DNA from: an uncultured bacterium
GTDB lineage: Bacteria > CSSED10-310 > CAZUFC01
Length of the DNA stretch: 25,671 nt
Assembly: GCA_964619725.1 (NCBI GenBank)
Contig: CAZUFC010000112.1
Span: forward strand, 1 to 25,671
Direction of reading: 5' to 3'
Position 1 is the stretch's first letter, and each line of letters begins with the position of its first letter. A program made the position numbers and the translations under genes. Of the stretch, positions 1 to 9,234 are shown piece after piece. The notes under the pieces are model-generated. The model worked only from the letters and a program-made list of their open reading frames with translations, had not been told where the DNA came from and searched no databases.

Positions 1-501
1 AGCTCATGTTTGAATTTCGATTAATCAACGCTCTTCTACCGGATATAGGGGGGGCAAAAACTTCACAATTATTATGCCGAGTTGAACTTCAAGAAAATCA
101 CACTTTTTCAATAGGTTGTGACATTCTTGTCAGGAGTTCAGAATTTATGAATTTTGTCTGAAATAAAATCGGAAAAGAACGTCAAAATACATTGGAGCAG
201 GTCATACTTAACACAGCGGTGACACGACGACACGAAAAAAAAAAATAAAGGGAATGAAATTTAACTACGAGAGGAGTTTTTGATATAAAGAAAAAAGAGG
301 GAAGAAATAAGTCTGATTTTCGATTTCAAGTAAATAAGGAAAGGGCTTAATATGAAAAGATATTTCGTAAGGAATGCAGAAAACTCGAATAGTGATAAAG
401 ATTCGATTCTGCTCACTTTGATTCCTGGAAAACAAGGGACATGTAGACAAGTCGGTAGAGGAGACAGCGTAACTTCCAGTCTGAATGGATTTAATCCAGA
501 A

Positions 502-2925
502 ATGGTTTTAATGCCGATAACGCGCTTTCTTCGTCTATTATTCTTTTTAGTTTTCGGATTCTCTTTATTCTTGATATTGAATGAAAAAGCAGCTCATAGT
601 GAAACTGCGATCCGGGACGAAGTGTACGTCGGACAGGGAAGTTATACGACCGAGTTGCCTTCAGGGTGTGAAATTCCCTCTGATTATGCAGGCGATCCGG
701 TGGGTCCATTAATTACAGAAAACATTACAGGTGCGGTTCCGACAAATGATTGGCATTCCTCTTTGGTTTGGGAATACTACCCCGGATACGCTCATTCTCT
801 GAATATGTATTCGCATCCTCTGGCGTTAAAAGCTTTTTCTTCTGGAGTTGGTCTGAGTTATCCCGCAGAACCGGCATTATTCATTCCACCTCCGCCTCCC
901 CACATCGGTGAATACCACTATTGTTACGACGAAGATTTAAGGCTCGGCGTAAGCGGATTGAATTCACCGGATACAAGACTTGATGATTATTCGGATTGGG
1001 TAATAACGGCGCAGTGGGATGACGGCACAAGAAGCCTGAAAGTTACCATGGGGCATGGAATCCCATTCGTTTATGCAGAAATATCGGGAGGCGATGCTCT
1101 GATCGCGTCGTCCTCTCCATTTGAAATTTGGCATAATGATGAAGGCACGATCGGCATGACAGTTAATGGACATCATTATGGGATATTTGCCCCTTATGGA
1201 TCAGTCTGGGCTGTATCGAATACTCTGCAATCTTCTTTGAACGATCAAGATTTCTTTTCAATTGCTATCCTGCCCGACGACGATTTGAACACTTTGCTTT
1301 ATTATCGGAAGAACGCCTACGCATTCATTCGCGAAACTGAAGTATCATGGACATATGATGAACAAAGCGCCGTTCTGACTACTTTTTTTAATATTTCAAC
1401 CGAACTTAAAGAAACAGGGCACGGAAACGTAAACCACGCTTTAATCGCACTCTATCCCCATCAATGGCTTCATTCGAACGAAATTTTGACGGACTATGAA
1501 TATGTATCGTCACGCGGGGTTATGAAGGTCTTCGAGGGTAATTCGTTCAGCACGAATTTGGTTTTCAACGGCATCTTACCGAACTTACCCGATATGGGAG
1601 GATATGATCCAGATATATTGTACGACTACGTTAACGAAGTTTATACCGCTTCAGGAAATTTGGATTTCCCGGATACCTATTGGGTCGGTAAGGCGATGAA
1701 TCGTCTCGCCATGTTGGTTCCGATCTCAGAACATGTCGATCACATTGCTGCAAGAGACTCCTTTTTGGATCAATTAAAGGTTAAATTGGAAGAGTGGTTT
1801 ACGGCAGGCGGGGACAGCGGTTTTTACTATGATGAAACCTGGGGCACCCTGATCGGTTGTCCGGCAAGCTTTAACTCAGGAAAAGAGCTTAATGATCATC
1901 ATTTTCACTACGGTTATTTCCTGCGTGCGGCGGCAACAATCGCCAGATATGATCCGGAGTGGGCCCAGCAGGAGAATTGGGGAGGTATGGTGAATCTGTT
2001 GATCAAGGATACGGCGAACTGGGAAAAAACTGATACTCAATTTCCATTCCTTCGTTATTTCGATCCCTATGCTGGACATAGTTGGGCTAACGGACCGGCA
2101 TGCTTTTCCGCCGGCAATAACCAGGAATCCTCCTCTGAAAGTCTTAATCACGCTGCTGCGATATTTTTATGGGGGGCTCTCACAGAAAATGTAACAGTGC
2201 GAGACTTGGGTATTTTTCTTTATGCCACTGAAGTCAGCGCAGTCGAACAATATTATTTCAACATTGATGGAAATGTTTTTCCGGAAAATTTTGATTTCAC
2301 GACTATCGGAATACTATGGGCCGATGGCGGTGCTTATGCCACATGGTGGACGAGTAATCCGGAAGAAATACACGGCATCAATTTTTTGCCTGTTACCGGA
2401 GGCTCCCTGTACCTCGGCAAAAATCCAGATTATATTCTAACGAATTATCAGGAAATGATCGATCATAACGGCGGTCCTGAAACAGAATGGGTGGACATTA
2501 TTTGGAGTTTTCTGGCGCTGAATGATGCCGGCGAAGCGTTGATTAAATTTGAAGAAAATTCTGATTATTTGCCTGAAACAGGAGAAAGCAAGGCCCATAC
2601 CTATCACTGGCTCAACAATTTGAATGATCTGGGTCGGCTAAAAACGGGCATCGCTTGCGATAGCCCCGCATATGCTGTTTACGAAAAAGAAGGAGAACTC
2701 GCTTATGCCGCTTTTAATCCAGGACCTGATGATCTAATAATTAACTTTTCGGACGGTGCACGTCTTTTTGTCCCTTCAAAAGAACTGGTCGTCGGCGACG
2801 GAACAGAGCCCATGCCTTCCCCCACTCCGACAATAACAATACCGGCGGACAATTCAATTTTTGCTGTTTCGATTATAATGACGTTATCGTTGATCCTGAA
2901 ATTCAGGAATGGAAAACAACGATGA
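502..2925 (+). CDS. Secreted GH81 endo-beta-1,3-glucanase with PT linker and C-terminal membrane anchor/sorting signal
   Basis: GH81 motifs PTNDWHSSL, ELNDHHFHYGYF, FDPYAGHSWANG, NQESSSE. ORF track starts at 352, but the signal peptide (RFLRLLFFLVFGFSLFLIL..AHS) follows ATG 502/511, so the start was moved. C-terminus PSPTPTITIPA + hydrophobic helix + KFRNGKQR. Confidence 0.93.
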   Translation: MVLMPITRFLRLLFFLVFGFSLFLILNEKAAHSETAIRDEVYVGQGSYTTELPSGCEIPSDYAGDPVGPLITENITGAVPTNDWHSSLVWEYYPGYAHSLNMYSHPLALKAFSSGVGLSYPAEPALFIPPPPPHIGEYHYCYDEDLRLGVSGLNSPDTRLDDYSDWVITAQWDDGTRSLKVTMGHGIPFVYAEISGGDALIASSSPFEIWHNDEGTIGMTVNGHHYGIFAPYGSVWAVSNTLQSSLNDQDFFSIAILPDDDLNTLLYYRKNAYAFIRETEVSWTYDEQSAVLTTFFNISTELKETGHGNVNHALIALYPHQWLHSNEILTDYEYVSSRGVMKVFEGNSFSTNLVFNGILPNLPDMGGYDPDILYDYVNEVYTASGNLDFPDTYWVGKAMNRLAMLVPISEHVDHIAARDSFLDQLKVKLEEWFTAGGDSGFYYDETWGTLIGCPASFNSGKELNDHHFHYGYFLRAAATIARYDPEWAQQENWGGMVNLLIKDTANWEKTDTQFPFLRYFDPYAGHSWANGPACFSAGNNQESSSESLNHAAAIFLWGALTENVTVRDLGIFLYATEVSAVEQYYFNIDGNVFPENFDFTTIGILWADGGAYATWWTSNPEEIHGINFLPVTGGSLYLGKNPDYILTNYQEMIDHNGGPETEWVDIIWSFLALNDAGEALIKFEENSDYLPETGESKAHTYHWLNNLNDLGRLKTGIACDSPAYAVYEKEGELAYAAFNPGPDDLIINFSDGARLFVPSKELVVGDGTEPMPSPTPTITIPADNSIFAVSIIMTLSLILKFRNGKQR

Positions 2926-3012
2926 ACGCAATTTCCTTAAAAAATTCTGAATGCCGCTCAGACTGCATCGGCGCCCATTCTGATTCTGCACGAATGATAA
3001 CAGCGAAATTTT

Positions 3013-3043
3013 ATTTGACGTGCCGTCAAATTCTTTTTATATT
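3013..3043 (+). promoter_or_regulatory. Sigma70-like promoter overlapping an 8-bp inverted repeat (possible terminator or operator)
   Basis: TTGACG (3015-3020) - 17 bp - TATATT (3038-3043), upstream of the AAGGAG RBS and ATG 3118. ATTTGACG-TGC-CGTCAAAT (3013-3031) is followed by TCTTTTT. Confidence 0.55.
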
Positions 3044-3117
3044 TATCTTTGAGAGAATAGAATTAAAAATCTGCAGAATTTCGGTAATATGATTTTTTCT
3101 TTTGAAAGGAGAACATC

Positions 3118-6100
3118 ATGAAAAAATTTTTCGTATTGTCTTTTCTGACGATCTTCCTGAGTTCTTTAGGTTTCAATTATTCGGTTCACTCACGATCCAA
3201 CGATATTAACGAAAAGATAGTTTTTCAATCTAACCGCGCTGAAACAACGGATGGCGACTGTTTTCACGTCTATTCAGAAACAGGTTCCGAACCGAAATGC
3301 CATTTTGAAGTCAATTGCGATATAGGAGCTTATGGGGAATTGGAAGAAGGGGGTTTAGATGAAACTGACCTGGGATGCGTATGTGAAGGTAACTTGTGCA
3401 TGCAAGCGAAGATTAATTTGCATCAGGAAGAGCATGCCGGCTGGTTTGTTCGAGCCGGTACTCTTGAGAATCATCAAACCCGGGATATGTCTGGCTTTGA
3501 AAACGGTTGTTTGATCTTTTGCTTGAAAAGTCCCGTTGACCTGGGCGTAGGAATTCGATCTTCTGATATACCGGAAGGGGAAGAAGAATCCAAAATAAAA
3601 CTGTCCGAACTGGGGATATTGCCGGACGACAGATGTCGGGAAATAATCATTCCATTAGATGAATTCAAATCCCGGGATGATCGGTTGGATTTTTCGCAAA
3701 TCGAAGTACTGTTCAATATTTATTCTGATCAGACCACCGGAGGGACAGGAGGACAAAATGTCATTTTTTACGTTGATAGTATTCAATGGTGTAGAGAATG
3801 TCCCGTTCCAACCGAGTCTGAGCTGGATTTTGAGCTTAATTTAAATCCTAAGCTGTATTGGCGTGACGATCATTTCTCTCTCAATGTAATAATTCATAAT
3901 GCAGGACAGGATATTCAAGCCGATATGCACGCTGCGCTGATTTTACCATCCGGTGAAATTCTGTTTTTACCGGATTTTACTGAGATTCCGACTCCAATGA
4001 GAAGATTTTATTATGGGGGGCAAACTTACAAAGAGAATTTACTTAATTTTGAGTGGGACTCGGATATGATTTTAGAGGGATTACAATTTGCAGGAGGGTT
4101 AACGTTTTTAGGAACATACTCGGTAATTGACTTCGATTCGGCGGTTTGGAGCTGCGGAAAATGTGAAATACCTACGCCGACGCCGACTCCGACGCCGTCC
4201 TTCACGCCGAATTGTTACGGCGTTTATTCAGAAACGATAACAGGATGCATCCTGGATGACACCTGCATGATCGGCATCTATCCCACACCAGAACAAATCC
4301 AAAATAACGACGGTTACATTGAACTTGAAGAAGTTGACGATACTTACTGCGAACCGGATTACAGCATGAAAGCGACGATCAATGTTCCGATGCCGGACAG
4401 CTTTGCCGGCTGGTTCGTCAGGGCGGGGACATTTGAAGAGCCCGATACTATCGACATGAGCGATTATGCTGACGGCAGTCTTTGGCTATGCGCCAGGTCC
4501 TCCTTTGAATTAGGCATAGGCATAAGATCTGCCGATATTGCTGCGAGCGATGAGGAATCATGGGTATTGCTGTCTGATTATATTCCCCTTGACGATGAAT
4601 GGCATGAATTCTGTGTACCTATTCCAACCTTCACAAATCTGGAAGATGAACTTGATTTGAGTCAGATGGAAGTGCTGTTTAACGTGTTTTCGAATTCAGA
4701 TACAGGCGGAACGGAAGGAGAAGAAATTTTCTGGATCGATAACGTACGGTGGTGTATCGAACCATGCCCTTATACTCCCACTCCCACCCGCACTGAAACA
4801 AACACGGAGACTTATACTCCAACAATTACTACAACTCCGACACCAATGATTACCGCAACTTGTTACGGCGTTTATTCCGAAACGATATCAGGGTGCAATT
4901 TGGATTCCACCTGTGTGATCGGAATCTATCCTACACCGGAAGGTACACACAAAAATGACGGCTACATTGAGCTAGAAGAGGTTGACGATACTTACTGCGA
5001 ACCGGATTACAGCATGAAAGCGACGATCAATGTTCCGATGCCGGACAGCTTTGCCGGCTGGTTCGTCAGGGCGGGGACATTTGAAGAGCCCGATACTATC
5101 GACATGAGCGATTATGCTGACGGCAGTCTTTGGCTATGCGCCAGGTCCTCCTTTGAATTAGGCATAGGCATAAGATCTGCCGATATTGCTGCGAGCGATG
5201 AGGAATCATGGGTATTGCTGTCTGATTATATTCCCCTTGACGATGAATGGCATGAATTCTGTATTCCTGTTCCTACATTCACCGACTTGGAGAACGAACT
5301 TGACTTAAGCCTGATGGAAGTCTTGTTTAATGTGTTTTCTAATTATGATACGGGCGGAACTGAAAGTGAAGAAAATTTCTGGATCGACAATATTCGATGG
5401 TGCAGCAGTCCCTGCCCTACTGTAACGCCGACCCCTATTACAACGATTACGCCGTACCCCTCAATATCTCCTTTACCTTCTTCAACGCACACTCCCGTAT
5501 TACAAGAATGTTACGGCGTATATTCCGAATCCGTACCGGGATGCATTTTCGAGACAACCTGCGATATTGGTTGTTATCAGGGACCAGGAAGCAGCATAGA
5601 ACTTGAAGAAGTCGGAGGAGCGTATCCATACATGCAAGCTGCCATAAATGTGCCCATGCCGGACGGTTATGCCGGGTGGTTCGTCCGTTGCGGAACTTTC
5701 GAGGAACCTGATACGCTCGATATGAGCGCTTATGCAGATGGAAGCCTTCGATTTACAGCCAGGACTGATGTCGAATTAGGCATCGGTATCCGTTCAGCGA
5801 ACATAGAACCGGGGGACGAAGAATCCAAGACGCTTCTTTCTGATTACATGCTCATTGATGGGCAATGGCATAGCGTATGCGTCCCTATTCCTTTATTCAC
5901 GGAATTGGAAGAAGACATTGAACTGAATCAAATGGAAGCGCTTTTTAATGTTTTCTCCAACTATGATACCGGCGGTACAAGCCGTCCGGAAGTCTTCTAC
6001 ATTGACGAAGTTGAATGGCGTCAAATCCCTTGCGGCTTTGATTCAGTGTCCGACAGGTATTGCCCCCACAGAAATTCAAACTCCTTAATTTCTGAAAGAA

Positions 6101-6582
6101 TGGCGAATGCTCCTCAGGACGACTCGCCGCTGAACATGATTACTCGGAAAACGAATCAAAAGAGCGAAAAAATGCTGTCTCGCCTGGAACATTTCAATCA
6201 GGATCAATATTCAGAAAATTCAATGCAATCGGAATACGAATCTCCCATTACTTTAGAAATATGCCTCAACCAACATCTCTTCTGGGAAAATGAAGAATTC
6301 CTCTTTGAAATTATGGCGCATAATGCTAATGACGATTTGGAAGTTGATTTGTATCTCTGGATCGAGATCGGGGACATCCTGCTCTTTTGGCCTGAATGGA
6401 ATGAGGAAATTCATTGTGAAAACCGCTTTATTGAAGCTTGTGGAACGCTGTCAGAGGAAATAATAAGGATTGCCTGGCCCGGCGATGCAACGGGAAATTT
6501 GACTATCTGCGCTTGCATGTTCTATTCAGGAGCTTTTGAACAAGCGAGCAATGTCGCATGCGATACATTCCGATTTGAATGA
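3118..6582 (+). CDS. Secreted multidomain protein: four Cys-rich ~180-aa CBM-like beta-sandwich repeats, PT linkers, two ~110-aa CTD-like domains; no catalytic domain recognised
   Basis: RBS AAGGAG; signal peptide MKKFFVLSFLTIFLSSL. Repeats at ~3259-3804, 4213-4770, 4861-5418 and 5509-6033 share AGWFVRxGT, D-M-S, LGxGIRS, [IM]ExLFNx[YF]S and F[WY][IV]DxxxW. Pro/Thr linkers lie between them. CBM function is inferred from the fold-like pattern and gene context. Confidence 0.8.
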   Translation: MKKFFVLSFLTIFLSSLGFNYSVHSRSNDINEKIVFQSNRAETTDGDCFHVYSETGSEPKCHFEVNCDIGAYGELEEGGLDETDLGCVCEGNLCMQAKINLHQEEHAGWFVRAGTLENHQTRDMSGFENGCLIFCLKSPVDLGVGIRSSDIPEGEEESKIKLSELGILPDDRCREIIIPLDEFKSRDDRLDFSQIEVLFNIYSDQTTGGTGGQNVIFYVDSIQWCRECPVPTESELDFELNLNPKLYWRDDHFSLNVIIHNAGQDIQADMHAALILPSGEILFLPDFTEIPTPMRRFYYGGQTYKENLLNFEWDSDMILEGLQFAGGLTFLGTYSVIDFDSAVWSCGKCEIPTPTPTPTPSFTPNCYGVYSETITGCILDDTCMIGIYPTPEQIQNNDGYIELEEVDDTYCEPDYSMKATINVPMPDSFAGWFVRAGTFEEPDTIDMSDYADGSLWLCARSSFELGIGIRSADIAASDEESWVLLSDYIPLDDEWHEFCVPIPTFTNLEDELDLSQMEVLFNVFSNSDTGGTEGEEIFWIDNVRWCIEPCPYTPTPTRTETNTETYTPTITTTPTPMITATCYGVYSETISGCNLDSTCVIGIYPTPEGTHKNDGYIELEEVDDTYCEPDYSMKATINVPMPDSFAGWFVRAGTFEEPDTIDMSDYADGSLWLCARSSFELGIGIRSADIAASDEESWVLLSDYIPLDDEWHEFCIPVPTFTDLENELDLSLMEVLFNVFSNYDTGGTESEENFWIDNIRWCSSPCPTVTPTPITTITPYPSISPLPSSTHTPVLQECYGVYSESVPGCIFETTCDIGCYQGPGSSIELEEVGGAYPYMQAAINVPMPDGYAGWFVRCGTFEEPDTLDMSAYADGSLRFTARTDVELGIGIRSANIEPGDEESKTLLSDYMLIDGQWHSVCVPIPLFTELEEDIELNQMEALFNVFSNYDTGGTSRPEVFYIDEVEWRQIPCGFDSVSDRYCPHRNSNSLISERMANAPQDDSPLNMITRKTNQKSEKMLSRLEHFNQDQYSENSMQSEYESPITLEICLNQHLFWENEEFLFEIMAHNANDDLEVDLYLWIEIGDILLFWPEWNEEIHCENRFIEACGTLSEEIIRIAWPGDATGNLTICACMFYSGAFEQASNVACDTFRFE
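4333..4614 (+). repeat. 282-bp direct repeat, copy 1 (identical to 4981-5262)
   Basis: Base-by-base reading from gttgacgatacttactgc to gaattctgt found no mismatch with the copy 648 bp downstream. Confidence 0.92.
4981..5262 (+). repeat. 282-bp direct repeat, copy 2 (identical to 4333-4614)
   Basis: Same comparison; the flanks on both sides diverge at many synonymous and non-synonymous sites. Confidence 0.92.
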
Positions 6583-6663
6583 GGCCGGGGAGGAAAAAAA
6601 TCAGCGGTCGTGATGATCGAAACTGAATAGATGCTTTATTGAATTCTCTCTTTGAATATGATG

Positions 6664-8526
6664 TCAGTTAGAATGATAACTGAATATCCAATCAGCAATA
6701 TTTCCGATCAAACGGTCGTTTTGGTCCAGAACAGCAGAATAAAAAAACAGATTATACAGTGATTCTTCAGTTTCGGGCCATTGGAATGGATTTATTATCT
6801 GCACTATTCCGTAACCGTTTTCGATGACTGCGATTTCTTCAAAATCAATAGCTGTTTCCCATCCGGGCCAGAAAAAGAATTCGCCGTAAACTTCCAAAAT
6901 CACGTATAAATAAACGTCGTTTAAACTTTCGCAACCATTGCAGAACAATGCGCTCAAATAACACTCGCTTCCCGGCGTAAAGGGACTCATCGGCATTTCT
7001 AATCCGGTAAGATAAATATCAGTTCCCGGTCTCATATTGCAATAAGCCTGTTCGACGGCGTAATATTGCAGTTTTTTATTACGATCTTTACTCATTATTC
7101 CCCATCCTTCTTCAGGAGCGCCGGGGTCCATTTTGTTCAACCAGGCGAAGGCGCATCCGCCTATAGTTAAACCTTTTGCCGCGCTGATGCCTTCCGTCCA
7201 CCGGATAGCGTAATCCTGAGCCCGTTCGCAATCGTCATATTGCGACCATTCAGTCGCCCACCATCCGTCGCAACCGTATTCAGTGAACAACAAAGGTCTG
7301 TCGTAATCCCATCCAGGATAATCGGCAATAACCTGTTCCGCTCCTTCATATGAATTGCAGCAATAAATATCCAGGGAAGGGGCATGTTGAATTATTGATT
7401 CGACCGGATTAAGTCCTGCAGCCGCATAACCTGCCGGATGGTTAGGATCAACCGCGTGTATGTTCATGCATTGCTCATTCAAAAATTCTGCGAAAGCGGT
7501 TTTATTTTCTTGAGTATCCGGTTGCAGGAATTCGAATACTTCGTTTCCTGCGATCCAACCCAATATGGCCGGATGATCCTTGTAACATTCGATGAAATTA
7601 GTCAAGGAGTATTCCACAGCCTGCCGGTATACTGAATCTGTATAATCCCTCGGAGGCGAATCCGGCCATTCGCTCCCCGTCAGAATCCAATACCCGGCCA
7701 GAACCTTTAATCCGGCTCCGTGCATTTCATCCAGCGCAGAAAAACTGATGTCGCCCTGTCCCCAGGTTCGAATAGTATTGCCGCATGCGTTTTTCACAAG
7801 TTGGAAGTCTCGCTCATAACAGCTTTCGTCTACTGAGTTATACCCGAATCCCCGGACAAACCATTCTTCATCATCAACAAGCAGTTGAAAATTCCGATTA
7901 GCGAGATTTCCCTGAATGGATACGGCAGATGGAATATCACCTGACCGGGGAAAAACCAACTTGATCTCATCAAAGTATATTTGAACTTCCCGGGATGCAT
8001 CAATCGTAAATCCGAATATGTTGTTGACTGAACTCAAATCATATTCCGATAACCCTTCTATAGTCATATCATGCCAGCTTTCATTAAGCGTAACGGTCCT
8101 GGAAACCTGATCGTCGAACATTACTATTTGGATATTTTCGTTCGCAGTGCCTCGAACAGAAAATTCGCATCGAACGCATCCGGAAAAATCAACCCCCGGA
8201 CCATCCCAATTTGATGCAGAATTCTGCATCCATATACCGTCCCAGTCGTTTTCACCAGTTATAACAACCTTTACGCAATAAACTCCTCCTCTTGGATTCT
8301 CAACACAATCAAAATTGATCGTTTTACCGCCCCCTGCCGACGGCGATCCCATAAAACCGCTCCACGGAAAAGCATGAATATCGTCGTATAAAAAAAGTCT
8401 CTTGTAGACCACAGATGTATTACAGGCTCGGTATCCCGGTTCGTTTTTTTCATTTGAAGCTTTCAAAAAACTGCCGCAAACCATAAAAAAAAGACACGAT
8501 GTAAATATCATCATTTTTGCTCTCAT
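6664..8526 (-). CDS. Secreted clan GH-A TIM-barrel glycoside hydrolase (GH2-like; GH157/GH158 beta-1,3-glucanase-like) with N-terminal CBM-like and C-terminal CTD-like domains
   Basis: NTIRTWG, YKDHPAILGWIAGNEV (acid/base NE), DPNHP, RPLLFTEYG (nucleophile E). Start moved to ATG 8526 (AAGGAG RBS, signal peptide MRAKMMIFTSCLFF..LKA). Exact GH family uncertain. Confidence 0.82.
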   Translation of the reverse strand: MRAKMMIFTSCLFFMVCGSFLKASNEKNEPGYRACNTSVVYKRLFLYDDIHAFPWSGFMGSPSAGGGKTINFDCVENPRGGVYCVKVVITGENDWDGIWMQNSASNWDGPGVDFSGCVRCEFSVRGTANENIQIVMFDDQVSRTVTLNESWHDMTIEGLSEYDLSSVNNIFGFTIDASREVQIYFDEIKLVFPRSGDIPSAVSIQGNLANRNFQLLVDDEEWFVRGFGYNSVDESCYERDFQLVKNACGNTIRTWGQGDISFSALDEMHGAGLKVLAGYWILTGSEWPDSPPRDYTDSVYRQAVEYSLTNFIECYKDHPAILGWIAGNEVFEFLQPDTQENKTAFAEFLNEQCMNIHAVDPNHPAGYAAAGLNPVESIIQHAPSLDIYCCNSYEGAEQVIADYPGWDYDRPLLFTEYGCDGWWATEWSQYDDCERAQDYAIRWTEGISAAKGLTIGGCAFAWLNKMDPGAPEEGWGIMSKDRNKKLQYYAVEQAYCNMRPGTDIYLTGLEMPMSPFTPGSECYLSALFCNGCESLNDVYLYVILEVYGEFFFWPGWETAIDFEEIAVIENGYGIVQIINPFQWPETEESLYNLFFYSAVLDQNDRLIGNIADWIFSYHSN

Positions 8527-8691
8527 TCTGACATTCTCCTTTCTTCTTTTTTCTAAAATGAAGATTAAAAAACAATCGGCAATTGTTAACACTCAAACGA
8601 CGCTGAAGTTTTTTCGATGCTTAGAAGTAGAATTTTTTCTTTTCAGAATTGGCGACACCCCTCTGACCGATAAGATGTTCCATCACTGAGA

Positions 8692-9234
8692 TTATGGAAC
8701 ATATACAATTCTCTGTAAATAGACGGTTCGAGCCTCTTGCTCCGTGAAAACCACCTCGGCGACTACATATAAATTTTCAAGATCAGCTGTGAAAAAATCA
8801 CTTAAAGGAAAAACGTAACTCGTCCAGGCATCAGTCAGAGTGATAGGTATTTTTGTTTCTTCACCATTGTCAGGATCGGCGACATCTTTAATGCCGATCT
8901 CGACGCACTCGCCTCCCGATTCTCCCCGCAACTCAACAGCTAATTTTTTGAAATCAGAAAAATCCTCCGAAGGTCGAGGCGGATCACTAACCGTACCGGT
9001 TACGAAAAATACAGAGCCCCACTCGCCGGAAGGATATGACATTTTCAGAAAACCTTCTTTTTCCTCAAGCCAGTTTGTATTGCCGGAAGAATGAGCTACG
9101 CCTATATCAAATCCCGGATATAGCATTCCTGAATAAATCCTGAATTCATCCTCTTCATCCGGTCCGACAGTTTGATTCAATGTGCAGCCCAGGCAGACCT
9201 GTAAAGTAAACAAAATTAAAAAAAACTTTTTCAT
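8692..9234 (-). CDS. Lipoprotein with a single CBM-like (galactose-binding-like/CBM11-like) domain
   Basis: Lipobox CLGC (Cys17); DFSDFKKLAVELRGESGGECVEIGIKD...LTDAWTSYVFPLSDF pattern; start shares base 9234 with the upstream stop (TAATG coupling). Confidence 0.75.
   Translation of the reverse strand: MKKFFLILFTLQVCLGCTLNQTVGPDEEDEFRIYSGMLYPGFDIGVAHSSGNTNWLEEKEGFLKMSYPSGEWGSVFFVTGTVSDPPRPSEDFSDFKKLAVELRGESGGECVEIGIKDVADPDNGEETKIPITLTDAWTSYVFPLSDFFTADLENLYVVAEVVFTEQEARTVYLQRIVYVP

Noticed and set aside
119-132. Dyad TGACA-TTCT-TGTCA upstream of GH81, loosely CRP/FNR-like
   Set aside because: Only 5-bp arms, does not match either consensus well, and spacing differs from the dyad at 3013-3031.
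352-501. 50-aa N-terminal extension of the GH81 ORF (and similar extensions of the ORFs starting at 8592, 11122, 20348, 21138 and 21594)
   Set aside because: Downstream ATGs have better RBS and/or place the signal peptide or first conserved motif at the N-terminus.
4171-4197. Short tandem ccgacg-like repeats (also ~4771-4860 and ~5419-5500)
   Set aside because: Explained by Pro/Thr linker coding; no repeat-spacer structure, so not CRISPR or a VNTR of separate interest.
4333-5262. Repeat pair considered as a diversity-generating retroelement TR/VR
   Set aside because: The copies are identical (no adenine-specific mismatches), both are in-frame within one gene, and no reverse transcriptase is in the window.
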